A stretch of DNA of 64,000 bases from the human T2T-CHM13v2.0 reference genome, Homo sapiens: assembly GCF_009914755.1 (NCBI RefSeq), contig NC_060936.1; one strand, 5' to 3'. Position 1 is the stretch's first letter. Each line of letters opens with the position of its first letter. A program made the position numbers and the translations under genes. The notes beneath the pieces are model-generated. The model saw nothing but the letters and a program-made list of their open reading frames with translations. It did no database searches and was not told the origin of the DNA. Positions 33,730-47,935 of the stretch are shown in pieces.

Positions 33730-33951
33730 GGGCCTGGCCCGGGCTCGGGCCCCCCCAGCCGCCCGCCCCGGCCGCCCGCCCGCCCCGCCCGCGCGCCCGC
33801 CGCCCCCGGCCCCCCGGGTCCCCCCTCGGCCGGGCAGCCCCCAATCCCGCGCCGCCCGGACCCCCTCCTCCTCCCTCCCTCCTCCCTCCGCCCCCTCCCC
33901 GCGGGACTCCGGCGTCCCCGCCCCCCAGTCCTCCCTCCCCTCCCCTCCAGC

Positions 33952-34035
33952 ATGGTGCTCGCGGCCCCGCTGCTGCTGGGCTTCCTGCTCCTCGCCCTGG
34001 AGCTGCGGCCCCGGGGGGAGGCGGCCGAGGGCCCC

Positions 34036-34067
<32 letters not shown>

Positions 34068-37000
34068 AGCGGCGGGGGTCGGGGGGGAGCGCTCCAGCCG
34101 GCCAGCCCCGTCCGTGGCGCCCGAGCCGGACGGCTGCCCCGTGTGCGTTTGGCGGCAGCACAGCCGCGAGCTGCGCCTAGAGAGCATCAAGTCGCAGATC
34201 TTGAGCAAACTGCGGCTCAAGGAGGCGCCCAACATCAGCCGCGAGGTGGTGAAGCAGCTGCTGCCCAAGGCGCCGCCGCTGCAGCAGATCCTGGACCTAC
34301 ACGACTTCCAGGGCGACGCGCTGCAGCCCGAGGACTTCCTGGAGGAGGACGAGTACCACGCCACCACCGAGACCGTCATTAGCATGGCCCAGGAGAGTAA
34401 GTGGGCTGCGGGGCGCGAGCAGTGGGGTGCTGGCTCTGGCCCCGCGAAGGGCGCCTTCTGCTCCAAGCGGGGCGCTCCCTGCTGCCCCGGCCCGGAAGCT
34501 TTTTCTGCGAAAACTTGACGAATTAGGGAGCGGGGGCTACTTCATAGAAGTTTTCCGAGCGGTGGAGATGGGCTGCAAAGTTGTATGCACGCCTAGTTCC
34601 CGGAGGTTGGGGCGGGGGAAATGGGGCGGGTTTCGAGATAGTGCCTTCCACCCCCAGTATGCTAAAAAGATCCTTGTTGGAGTCCGGGGAAGCTGGGGCT
34701 GGGCAGTGACTCTGTCCTGAAAAGCCGTGGTGGGGAGGCTGGAGAACAGAATCGGGAGGCTGCAGGACCCCCGCAGCCCCAGCTGGACTGCAGTGCTCTC
34801 TGCTTCCCAGTGGCCCTGGCGGTAACTCCCCACTCCGTGCTCCGTTCGCAACGTGCCCAACGGGTTGCAGAGAACTGTGTGCTTTCTCCCAAGAATAGGG
34901 TCCCAGAGCCCTGTACACCTCCTGGCAGCCCAGCTGGCACCCTTTCCATCCTGACCCCTGTCTCAGACCGGGTATCCCAAGGGGTCGGAAAAGCTGTGCC
35001 TTCTTGATACTGACCGAGCTCGGAGAGCTCAACTCCATTGCGCTGGGGGCTAAGGACACTCATTGGCTACTCAAACCTTAGTGTTCCATCCCTTATTCGC
35101 CCACCCCTACCGCAGGTGGACTTGAGAGAGACGAAGACCTAGGAAAAAAGAGAAAGTAGTAGATGGGGGAGCAGGAACCCAGGCATCCGAGCCCCTGACC
35201 AAACGGAAGATGAACATATAATAGACATGAGCTGCTTTGAAATTTTATGGCCTGGAAAATCCAGGCGAATACTACACCCCCCCTTTTCCAGCTCTCCTTA
35301 GGGTCAGGTGACTCCTTCTCCTCCCCCACTGAGGTCTCCCCCCCTCCCCAACTACAGGGAACCAGGCCTCTCTTATTCCCTAGTGGTTTGGCAAGGTTCC
35401 CCCCTTCCCACAGCCCCCTGCAACACACACCGAGTTTGGTTTTATGGCTGTGAACAGAAGACGGGGGAGACTGGTTTATTGGCAGATGGGTCATAAAAAG
35501 CTGGGGGCTGAGGGGAGTCCCAGTGGCCCACCCCCATGGGAGAGGCACAGGAACCCAGGTGTGCATCTGGGAGGCTGAGTGCCTCACACTGCCCCTGGTA
35601 TTTCTGCAGACCTCAATTCCACAAGACTTGGTCAGGGCTGTTAAACTCAAAGAACCAGGAAACTGGCTGTGGGGGTGGGAGGTATGGGGATCCGGTCTGG
35701 GGTTCCTCAGTTTCCCTTCTATTCTTAAGCCTTCTGCTTATGGAAGCTAGGGTCAGTCTCAGATCGACTGAGGGCAGGGGTAGGGGGTGGGGTTTCTAGG
35801 AAACAGAGTTATAGAGGAATTCAGATCAAGAGTTTGCTGGAAGATGAAGGTTACAGAGGGAAAAGATACTCTAGTCTCTGTGGTGTAGTGTGTGTGAAGA
35901 TTTCCAGGATGGGTGATGGGGCTGTGGACTTCTCCTTGCCCCTAAATATCCTTAGCATCCCTTAACCAACAGGCCTGAGCCCACCAGAGTTAGCTCTGGT
36001 AATGGGGATACACGAAGTGAAGGGACCCTGCCTTCATGAGTTGGGCTGTGCAGGTGAGGCCTGGGTCGGTGGGAAGGGGACACCAGCTGGTAGGATCCCA
36101 TCAAAACTTACAGTCCCGTGCCACCCCAGGACTTGTACAAGTAGGGAACTGGGTCTCCGGCCAGGTATTGTACGTCCCCTTTAAGAGCCTAGCTGAGCTC
36201 TTAAGAGAGGGAGGGGGAGTGGAGGGGAGGGGAGGGAGAGAGGGGAAAAGGAAAAAGAGACTTTTATAGTCTAATCCCCAGGGACCCGCTTTAATAAGAG
36301 ACTTGTGCTCTGCTAATCGGGGGAGGTGTTTGTCAGCAGAGATGGCCTCCGTTCCCCTCCCCCTCCCTCCCCTCCCCCAGCCCTCAACCCTGGACCCCAG
36401 CCCCCACCTCTCCTAGGCTGCTCTGCCTGCCCTAGTTCCCTCTACCCTCTCAGGCTCTCCCACCAAGCCTTCATCCTGGGAACCCAGCCCCCTGCCCTTC
36501 TGGGAGCCAAGCCCAGCCCGAGTTTCTCTCTCCTCCCCACACCAAGAGGCCCCTGCCCTCTCAGCCCAACCTCCTGCCCTTAGGCCTTCCAGCCATGGTT
36601 GGGAGTGTGTGTGTTTGGGGGGGTTAGGGTGGGGGGAAGGGGAGGTGGTGTGCAGGGAGGGGGTTGGGCATTTGCTGAAAATAGTGCAGTGACCTCTCTC
36701 TCCCACCAGCGCCGCCTACTAAACCTGACCTGCTGCCTGCCACCAGCCCGATCAATTCAACACAGATGTGGCCCCTTTTCCTCCCCATCAGAGCTCGGCA
36801 TATGTGTGCTGGGTACTCTCTCGAGCCCCGTTTCCCTCTGTGGCTCTACCTGCTTCTCCTTTGTTCCTCAGTCTGTACCCTTTCTATCCTTTCTCTCCTT
36901 TACCCCACTAGGTTTAGCTTCCTCCCACCTTTAGCTTTCTAACCATCACCCACTCCTTTCTATCACTGCCTCTGCATCAGGATTCTCAAACTCTCAAACT

Positions 37001-40000
37001 TATTCTCCCTTTGCCATGATTATCCCCTGCATCTTTCCACTCTAACTTCTATTTCTCTCCCTATATCTACTAATATGCCTTCAACTCTTAACAGTCTCTT
37101 CTCTATTATCTCCCTCACCATCTCCAGTCTCTCCCCTGGCTCTTCTCCCTGCTCTTTTCTTTCTCCCTATGTTCTACCTCCTTGTAGCACTGACTGTCCC
37201 CTGTCCACTGGGACAAGTATGTGGAACCAAAGACTTAGATGTAGCCCTCATCTTCAAACCCTGGATCAGCTTAGGTAGAGGGAGGGTTATGTTTAGAGCT
37301 TAGTAGAGAATGCGAAAATAGTAGTAGCTTCTCAATAAATGTTGGTTTGTTTGTTTCCTATTTTCACATTCTCTAGTTAATGCTCAGCACTCATGTGAAG
37401 CAAGAATTATTATTATCTGTATCACACTGAGAAGTTTGGTGAGTAAGGTTAGATAGTGGTTAGTAAGGAATCAGGCAGTGATTAAACCCACTTCAATTAT
37501 AGCCAAAGAACAGAATTTAGATGCCAGGAAGAACTTTCAGGCACTTGCCTGTATAATTTAAGATTGGGAGTTTAGGGAGTTCATTCACCATGTATTTATT
37601 GAGTGCTGTCTAGCACTATGGGAGGCACTGAAGCTACAATGGTGAGCAAAACAGACACAGTATGAATAACAACAGTGTCCACTCTCATGGAGATTAGTAC
37701 CTAATGGCAAGAAAATAGACAATTCTTATGCTGAAATTTGTAAAGTATGCTATTTGGGATGTTGCTTGTCACTCCCCATCTCACTAGTAGCTTCCCTATC
37801 CCAGCTACTTCTGATCTCTGAATTCTCACCCCCCAAACCCTACTCCATTGCACCATCACTGAAGCTCCAGCCAGTAAAATAACTGGACTACCAGGGCCCT
37901 GGGACCTCAGAGAATAATCAAGAAAAAAAAAAGCTATAGAGACTTTGGGTATCATATCCTGAATATATGAAGTTCATTAAGCACTTTCTCCTCATCTCCC
38001 TTAGAAGGTCCTCTTTCTCCCAGGGTGGGGGTGGGGAAGAGCTGACAGGACACCCTAAGTCCATCCTGATTTTGCAGAACTCAAGACATGGGGAGGATAC
38101 TTAAAGGCCTAGACTTCCTAACCCTGCTTATATGGCTCTGGAAGCTCATTCCTGATTCTTCCTATCTAGAGTCAGGATAGACATATTCTGTCCAATGGAG
38201 ACATGTTGTAGGACACTCCCAACTGACTTAGGAAAGGCAGTGAAGAGGAGCTGGAATGGAGGCAGAGGCAGATATTTATTGAGAATCATCTATTAGACCC
38301 AAGAAGGATCAATTTAAGGTCCAGAGCAAGGGGAAATGGGTCAAAATGTAAAGTTGGGATGTTCAAACTTTGTAAAGACCTACTGGCACTAGACTGAGAA
38401 GTCAAAGGAAGCTCAGGGGAGAAAAAAGGCATTGTAGTTAATCTGGTGTATTTAATATTATTTCTGGTGCTTTAGGCAAATAGGAGGCAACACCATGGAG
38501 GTAATTATTCCTTTCCTCAAGAGCTGGGGGCAGTCATGGTGATGATGATGGAGCAGCAGCTGAAGAAACTTCTTAAGAGAGAATGGGGAGACAGATGTAT
38601 AGGAAGTGCTTGGATAGTTCCATTTTGCTGGGTGTTATTCCTAATGGGAGTGAGGCAAGAAGCCTAGATCTGAATTCTGGTTTACATAATGGGATAAATT
38701 TAGCTCATGCTCCCTATCTGGACCCTGGGTTATCCCCTCTCTGAGGCCATCTGTGTTATTTTGTGGGGGAGGGATGTGCCAGGCTCTACCTGTCCAGCAG
38801 ATAAATCAGAGCAGATAGGGGAAAGGTGATGGAAGGGCAGCAGGTGTGATAAGAGGTATGGCTTCTATAAAGAGCTTCAAAGATTCAGAAAATGTTGGAG
38901 CCTTATATGCTGGGAAAAGTTGGACAGTAAGGATGGTGGTGGATGAATAATTTTGCAGGTTATCTGGTAGACAGGAACCTATATATTAGGGCAAATGGAT
39001 TAGGAAATGGACACAGATCAGTAAGGCCTTATAGGGCCATCATCCTAAAGAGGAAGTGCTGTTTTAGGTACCGGAGACATGGTATAAGATAGGCATGGGA
39101 GAAGGGTAAAGAAGAACTGGAAAATCAGGCTGAGAAGTCCAAAATTGCCAGTGCCACCCAGGACTACTGATCCCCTACACAAACACCCTTTGCTGATGCT
39201 GTGCCCTTCTCTCTTATCAGCGGACCCAGCAGTACAGACAGATGGCAGCCCTCTCTGCTGCCATTTTCACTTCAGCCCCAAGGTGATGTTCACAAAGGTA
39301 CTGAAGGCCCAGCTGTGGGTGTACCTACGGCCTGTACCCCGCCCAGCCACAGTCTACCTGCAGATCTTGCGACTAAAACCCCTAACTGGGGAAGGGACCG
39401 CAGGGGGAGGGGGCGGAGGCCGGCGTCACATCCGTATCCGCTCACTGAAGATTGAGCTGCACTCACGCTCAGGCCATTGGCAGAGCATCGACTTCAAGCA
39501 AGTGCTACACAGCTGGTTCCGCCAGCCACAGAGCAACTGGGGCATCGAGATCAACGCCTTTGATCCCAGTGGCACAGACCTGGCTGTCACCTCCCTGGGG
39601 CCGGGAGCCGAGGGGCTGGTGAGCAGGGGGCCTGAGGTGGTGGATATGTGTAACCTGGCCCTGAGGAGATAGGGTTACATTGGAAAAGGTAGACAAGGAA
39701 TGTGAAGGAGGTTGGGGACCAGCATTACTTCTCTGGGGTCAGCAGCTGATTCTAGAGGAGGAGGTGAGGAGTGGGGTGGCAACTATTACTTCTCAAGGAT
39801 CCAAATCAGACAACAGCTGAAAACTGGATTTGAAGGTAAAGGTGTCAGTTAATGGAAGAGCTGTGAGAACAAAAAAACTGGCTGTTGAGGCGTTGGGCCA
39901 AGGGGCTGACAGGGATCAGGTTGCCAGAAGAGTAAGAATTAGAGATGGTGAGTTGAAGGAGAGCTAGCTAGCTGGCAAGAAAAGTGGGCAAAAGATAAAT

Positions 40001-40517
40001 TCTGGGGGTGGGAGCAATGGAAAAGCTGAGAAGTCAGCAGTCTCTATTCTGATGCCCCTGGCAGGTGGGAAAGGAACAGGGAAGAGGAACTGTTCAGGAC
40101 CATATCACATTTCTTTCCCCTCTCCCTGACCCTCAGCATCCATTCATGGAGCTTCGAGTCCTAGAGAACACAAAACGTTCCCGGCGGAACCTGGGTCTGG
40201 ACTGCGACGAGCACTCAAGCGAGTCCCGCTGCTGCCGATATCCCCTCACAGTGGACTTTGAGGCTTTCGGCTGGGACTGGATCATCGCACCTAAGCGCTA
40301 CAAGGCCAACTACTGCTCCGGCCAGTGCGAGTACATGTTCATGCAAAAATATCCGCATACCCATTTGGTGCAGCAGGCCAATCCAAGAGGCTCTGCTGGG
40401 CCCTGTTGTACCCCCACCAAGATGTCCCCAATCAACATGCTCTACTTCAATGACAAGCAGCAGATTATCTACGGCAAGATCCCTGGCATGGTGGTGGATC
40501 GCTGTGGCTGCTCTTAA
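33952..40517 (+). CDS. GDF11: Growth/differentiation factor 11 (BMP-11), 407 aa; exons 33952-34396, 39221-39618, 40137-40517
   Basis: Signal peptide, poly-Ala, prodomain, RSRR furin site, mature [31 protein letters not shown]...VVDRCGCS cystine knot; 445+398+381=1224 nt. Confidence 0.99.
34036..34074 (+). repeat. (GCG)10 GCA (GCG)2 coding repeat, Ala13 tract in GDF11
   Basis: Counted directly. Confidence 0.95.
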
Positions 40518-41090
40518 GGTGGGGGATAGAGGATGCCTCCCCCACAGACCCTACCCCAAGACCCCTAGCCCTGCCCCCATCCCCCCAAGCCCTAGAGCTC
40601 CCTCCACTCTTCCCGCGAACATCACACCGTTCCCCGACCAAGCCGTGTGCAATACAACAGAGGGAGGCAGGTGGGAATTGAGGGTGAGGGGTTTGGGGGA
40701 AAGGGGAAGCAGGGGCATAGTCAGGGTGGGGAGTGTTTGAAGTTTGCAGATGAGAAGGTTTGACAAAAAGACAGAGAGATGTAGAGACAGTGATAGAGAC
40801 AGAGGAACAAAAAGAGCAGCAGTGAGAAGGCAAAGAGAGAGGCAGAAGAGACAGACGAGGCAGAGACAAAACACTGAGAAAGAGACTGAAATGGAGTAAT
40901 AAATGAAAGCCCCACACCAAGCCTCCTTTCTTCCACTGGCAAGGTGAGGGGCTTGGTATAGTTTGGGGAGATCCCCTGACTATTCAGTAGGAGAAGAAAT
41001 CAAAAATCCATTCTTTTCTCCTTCTCTCCCTCCAACAGTGGCCAGGGGAAGGGGAAGTGAGGGCAGGGGCAAAAAGATTTGGGAATTTTT

Positions 41091-41103
41091 ATTTATTTAT
41101 TTA
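41091..41103 (+). promoter_or_regulatory. AU-rich element (three overlapping AUUUA) in the GDF11 3' UTR
   Basis: ATTTATTTATTTA in a U-rich context. Confidence 0.55.
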
Positions 41104-43800
41104 TTGTGACTTTTCATTTTTTTGGTATTTGGCTTTACTGGAATAGGAGGGCCCCTGCCCACTGTGCCCCGTTTATCCCTTATTCCCCAAACCCTGCTCT
41201 CCCCAACACCTACTCACTTAAGCACTTGTATAAAGCCTCCAGGGTTGGGAATGGGAGTAAAGGGCAAGAGGGCGGACACATGAAGTTTAGTTTCTAACCC
41301 ATCATCACCCTAACTCAACCTTTTCTGAGCCAAATGGCTTGAATTGAAGCCAGTTGTCATGGAAATAGTAAGAGGTTAGGGTTTAAGAGCTGGGGATGCG
41401 GGGGTGGGAGAGAGAACCCTCAACATCCAGGATCTATATAATGAGAGCTACTTTAAACCCTCAGGTCCACCCTCATGATGCTGAGTTATTTAGCCAGAGG
41501 GTGCAGCCTGCTTATGCCCAAATTCCCTCAGCCAAGAGAGAGACCAAAGAGCCTCTGGAATGGCCCTGCTCCCAGCCTCTATCTTCAGGTCAATTAGAGA
41601 GAGTATAGAGACCCCAGAGTCCCCTGGGTCTGGAAAGCGTTAGGAGAGGTCAAGAAAGGAGCAGTAAGGAGGCTGAAGGTTACAGGGCATTTGAATCCAA
41701 ATCACTGCTCTGGGCTAGGGAATAGAGCCAGCAGACCAAGGTGGGAAGGATTCTGGAAGGGGGACATTTTAGTCTCCTAACCCCAAAGCTCAGGGTGGAA
41801 GAGGGGAGAACAAGGAAGCAGAGTGTATAATTATTTTTTCCTTTTATTTTTGGAATCTAACAGTACCTGGCAGCAGGGAGGGGAAAGTACAGTGGGGAAA
41901 AGCATCTGACAAGGCCAGTTAGAACAGAGGATGGGAAGGATGGAGACTCCCGGGCTTGGAAGGCTAGGAAGCAGGCAGAGACTGGTTGCCATTTCAAGTC
42001 ACTAGCTAGGCCCATTCATTCCTCCCACAACCCTGACCCATTCTCCTCTGGACTCACTGTGCCTCAGTTTCTTCCCCTCAATGGAATGAGAAATGACAGC
42101 ACCCGCCACAGCCAAGAGATGAATTCTGAGCACTTACCACGGGCACTTTATGGACATAAAATACCTCTCGCTGTGGGACAGATAACCAGGGCACCAGAGT
42201 AGTGGTGAAGAGATGTGAGGCTTAAGAGGAGTCACAGGCTTCAGAGTACAAGTTCCCCTCTGCCTCCCAGCTGGACAGTGCCTAGAAGCCAAGGAGTTGA
42301 GAATCTCCTGATCCACACCCTATCCTTACTTCACCACCAGGCCTCTTGGCTCCAGGCAAGAGCTTAGAGGATGTCAGGAGAGGTGGGGGTAAGAATCTTC
42401 AGCAAAACTGTCACTCTAAGTAGAGCCAGCAGTTACGGGTCTGATAAAAACAGTACTGAACTAAAGTAAAGCCCAAGCTGGTGAGCAAAACTGGATGGCT
42501 CATTCTTCCCAAGAGCATGACTCTCCCCCTTGGCCAGTTGGTGGAAGGGGCAAAGGTATGTGACCACCCTTGAGAAGGTGATGTTGGTGAGCTTTAACAT
42601 CTTATTCCTATTCTTATAGTGAGAAAGTGAAACAAGATCTTTCAGTAGAGGAATGGGCAGGGCTGTTAGGCTCTTCAGCTTGCCTTCACCCATATAGCAG
42701 CTATGCTAACCCCAAGCCTCTCTGGCCCTGTTCTTCATCCTTCCTTCTGCCCCAATCCTGAAGGACAAGACACACCCGGCCATCAACACCACTCACATTT
42801 CCTTGGTGGAAGGAAAGGAACAGAGAAGTGAAGAACAGATACCTCCCTCCAAGGTCAAATGCCTCGTGATCTTGGCAGAGTAGGGATTGGGCAATAAGCA
42901 TCAGGTATCTTCCCTCTACAGATTCTAGAGAGCTGGGGCATTAAATATGGGGGACACTTAGAATACAGCTCCTTAAATACCACCAAATAAAGACCTTTGT
43001 GTGTGTGTGGTGGGTGGGGGGGGGGCAGGGGTCTTTCTCTTATGAACATAAATCTGTGAGCTGAAGTCTCATTCCCCTGTTCCTCCCTACCCCCAAAGAG
43101 GCACAGAGTGAAGGGACTTGGGGGGCACAGCTCAGCAACCCAGTGGGAGTTAGCACCCCCTCCCACCTTATGATGTGTGTGGACCTGGCCAGTGCCCCTC
43201 TGAACATATCATTATTAGTGTAATTATCATTTATTTTGTGTATTTGTCACATTGTGTGCATGACAGCCTTTGTTAAGGGTGTCTGAGGAGTATGGAGCTG
43301 ACAGGGGCATTGGAATGCCAGGAAAGAACTTCTTCAACTGAGATCAAGGCTTCCTGGAGGGAACCACTGCAAAAAGGCCATCAGGCAGTTTTCAAGTTAT
43401 GTGACAGAGGGCAAAGACGGCCATAGGGTGCTCTGAGTTTTGGGATGGTCACATGACACAATCCAGCACTTGAACCTGAAAAAAAAAATAAAAGCGGTCA
43501 AAGAGTTTAGAATTCAGTGCTGAGCTCTTCTCCCTAATCAAGTGCCACATTTACACCTTGGAGAACCGGAGGTGAAGAGGATCTGAGACAGGAAACCTCG
43601 TGTTCAATGACTAAGAAGATGGGGTCCTGGAGCAAGACAGAAAACACTAAGGGCATGGTGGTATAAGGTTTGGGACATGCAGGCCAAGGAAGGATGGAAA
43701 GAGGACAGGAAACTGGGGGTACCTAGAACAACCCCTCTCTGAAAAGCTTGAGCCAAAACAGTCCCAAAGACAACAAGACCCCTCTCCCAGCCTCCACAGA

Positions 43801-43880
43801 ATGGAAGATCTAAAGGTTCTCTTGAGATGATCCAGCTAGTATGGAAGATCTAAAGGTTCTCTTGAGATGATCCAGCTAGT
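43801..43880. repeat. Perfect 40-bp tandem duplication
   Basis: atggaagatctaaaggttctcttgagatgatccagctagt x2. Confidence 0.97.
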
Positions 43881-44010
43881 GTCCTATTCTCCTGCAGTCC
43901 CTGTTCCTAGGTTTCCTCAACGAAGTTTGACAAAAATCTAAACCAACATAGCCAACGAACTTGCCTTGTTACACAAGAGTGGCTAAAATAGCATCTCAAA
44001 TATTCTTTCA

Positions 44011-44600
<590 letters not shown>

Positions 44601-47600
44601 TAATTAAAGTAAAATAAAAATAAGGAAAGCTCCTGTGACATCAACCTGATCCAGAATTGGGGACAGCGCTACTGCGGGTTCAATGTACTGCCATGTTTTC
44701 CCTGTCTTATCAGTTCTATCAGCACACTGACCCCACTCGAGACCAACTACAAGACTAAGGCTGGAAGTGGTTGAGTAGCAGAAGTGTTATGTATTCTATC
44801 TTCCCAAGGGAACCATATCCACATCTACCCCTAACTTTGGCCTGAGCTGAAAATGGGTTTTCTCTCCCTGTGGCTCATTTGTTTCCTATATTGAGAGAAC
44901 ACCCAAAAAAAGACTACTCAAGATGACTTTTTACAAGTCTTTTCTTTATCCTAAAACATCCTCCAACCGAAGGCATGGGAAGCTATCCTATACTCTGACC
45001 TTGCCTATATTTTAAATGGCAGGGGCCCCAAGCTAAGAATCAGCAGGCAGTGGCATCTACAGCTTCTGGTCTGTAGTGGCGTAGAAGCAGGAAAATCAAT
45101 GCTCCAAAGCAACAATGTCCAGCTTTCCTGCCAGTGAGCTGGGCTTGAGGGAGTGAATGGGACTCTTTCTGCCTTTTCTTTTTCTCAAAATACGACTGCA
45201 TTAACTGGGTGTATGCACACACAAACATGTTCAAACTAGGGCACTCATACCTAGCTAGAACCTACTCAGGGAAAGAAATATGTATTTCCACAGTACCCTG
45301 ATCACCCAGTAAAAGCTAATATTTATTGAATAATTACTATGCAAATTATGGTAAGCAAATTGTAGTGTGAATACATGATATGAGAATATCACTTAATTCA
45401 CACAGCAACCTTCACAATGGGGTTCCTTTTGGTACAGTCTGAAAAGAGAATGATTATCTGCGCAGGGTCTCAGAGCTAGTGTGGTAGAATAAGAAATTAA
45501 ACCTAAGTAGTTGCTAAACAATATTACATTCTAATCTATCCTATTGAAAGTGATCCGGGAGGTAGAAACCTAAATACAGGAATAACATAAGGGAAAGAGA
45601 TAACAAGAAAGTTAGGGACACCTTGGACTCAAAGAATCTGGAAAGATGTGAAACCTGTAATTTTAAATCCCTTTGGAAGGGAAAAACAAGAAAAGTCTAG
45701 ATATGGCAAGAGAAGGGGAGGTTAAATTTTGGGGGGATTCCAATAATCAGAAATAAGTGGCATTGCCAGAGGCCCTCATATAAGAGAACAGCAAAAAAGT
45801 TATCCTCCCTTAAGTTCCTCCCTCACTCCTCATATCAGACACAGCAAGAGAACTCAGCTCAACACCAAGAAGTCCTGCCCTTATTCACACCTTCCTTCCT
45901 ATAGCCCTCATCCTCACAGAAGCTTCTAGCCTCTATCTTCAGCAGTTCTTAAGAGGTGGGGTGGGGGGCTGGGCAGTTTAGAGTGAGAGTGGAAAAAAAG
46001 AATAATCCTAGAGAACCATAAAAAAGTACAGATTTACAGCTGAGGAAGCTAGTTCTCCCCACAGCTTTTATAGACTCCCTCATTAAGAGCTTCCAGGTAT
46101 GCAGAGAATGTCACAGCTTCAGGAATTGGAATCAGTTAACCACATCTGGATGCTGGATCAACTATAGTAGGGAAACGGGGAGAGGAAGGAAGGGTACTAA
46201 GATCTCAGGTAAACAATTACAAGCCTCAATGTCTGTTCCATCTCCAAACGGAATTACTATTTTAAAACTGAATTGGGAAAAAGGCATCCTGAACTATTCA
46301 TGCTCAAAGAGTATGTGGAGAATGACTATAATGAGATAGGAAGGGGAGGACTTCATCTGGCTTGGAGGTTAGAGACTTCTGACCAACATAGGAACAGCTG
46401 CTGAAATGGGATGAAAGAGGTTAATAAGAAAAAAAAAAAAATCCTCACAAATTGGAAAACACTGTTCAAAGATCTAGGGGAAGTAAGATGAGTGAGGAGA
46501 ATAATTAGGCTTCAAGAAGAGAATCCTGGCAAGTAAGGCTGAATATCTTTCTGGAAGGTTATAGAGGATAAAGAGACAAAGTGAAGAAAACTTCCAAAAG
46601 ATCCACTGTTCCACTTCATAATCAGCATCTGCTCTATTCCCTCATGTATTTTTCTCTTTTTAAAACCATATTCAGGAAGAAACCATTAGTGAATCTATAA
46701 TCTCTCAAGTTACAAATCAGATCTATTCTGTTTTCAGATGAAGGCAGAGTAGAGAGAGGAAAAGCTAGCCCCAAGATCAGAGCCTGAGGTAAAGAAAAGG
46801 AAGGCAGACAGAAAAGAGGGAAAAGGGAAGGTCATTCCAATTTTAAGGTTTATTTGGTTGAAGAGGTGTCAAAAATTTAACCAGCATTCCCTTTTGTTCA
46901 CTTCTCCAAAGTCTCAGAATGGGGCAAACTTCACAACAAATGGGCAGCAGTTTTTGGATCTGCTCTCCAAGGCACAATTTTTCTAAATTATCTAAACTTT
47001 AGGTCCCTGCTTTCCTCACCAACCAGAGACTTTGGAGAAATAAAGAGATATCTTGACATTAGAAAGGTGATCAAACTATTACCATTTCATTAAGCACAAA
47101 ACCAGGCAGGTTTTAGTAGAAATAAGGATAAAGGATTACACCACAGCAACATGGGACCTGATCATAGTACCAAAGTCTTCAGGTAAGGTGTCAGGCTCCT
47201 AAGTCTTATTACCAAAAATAGCTCAAACAAAAACCGAGCTTATATAAAGATTAAGAGGAGAAATTCTGCAATAACATATCCAAAAAGATTAAGCAGGTTT
47301 CAGATCTACATGAACTTGAAGCCTCCAGTTCCACTGCTTATGTTCCCAATGATTTAGCTAACAATGCGTAACAGCTCTGACATCCTCTGTCATGCTTTGA
47401 TTCTGCATACAAAATTTCTTCTGTCTCTGAGGGATATCCAGCCCATCTCCCTTCCTGAACTGACTGACCAACATAGTATCGTATCACATCACCCTTGAAA
47501 TCAGGGCCCTTTTCCTTTAATGTGGGACCCTGGACTCCATTTTATCCAAGAAAAAGTCTGCATTATTAGCTAATAACAGAAGGCTACTAATCACTGCCCT

Positions 47601-47877
47601 TGTATTTATATCCTTTGCAACACCTAAAACCTCCCATGTTCTGTTTTATTTCAGTGGGTCACTACAAGCTGCTGGAGCAAAGACTTGGTGGGTGGGTAAC
47701 TTAACCTCTTCACAGAGGATAAAAAATGCTTGTGAGTATGACAGAAGGGAATAAACAGGCTTAAAGGGTAAACTCAGTCCTTTTCCTTGTCTTCTCTTCT
47801 AAGGGATAAAGGTATTATGGCCAATTCTCTATAATATTTGCCCCTGAAGCTCCCCTTATCTGGTCTAATCTAGCTCC

Positions 47878-47935
47878 AATAAATCAAAGGAGCACCTAAT
47901 AAAACACATTGTTCTCTTTTCTATTTTTTTTTATT
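47878..47935. terminator. Convergent poly(A) signals: + AATAAA at 47878 and 47898 (distal GDF11), - AATAAA at 47935-47930 (SARNP)
   Basis: Hexamers on both strands within 60 bp, each followed by U/GU-rich sequence on its own strand. Confidence 0.65.

Noticed and set aside
33443-34466. 200-247 aa overlapping ORFs around GDF11 exon 1
   Set aside because: GC-rich shadow frames of the promoter and real CDS
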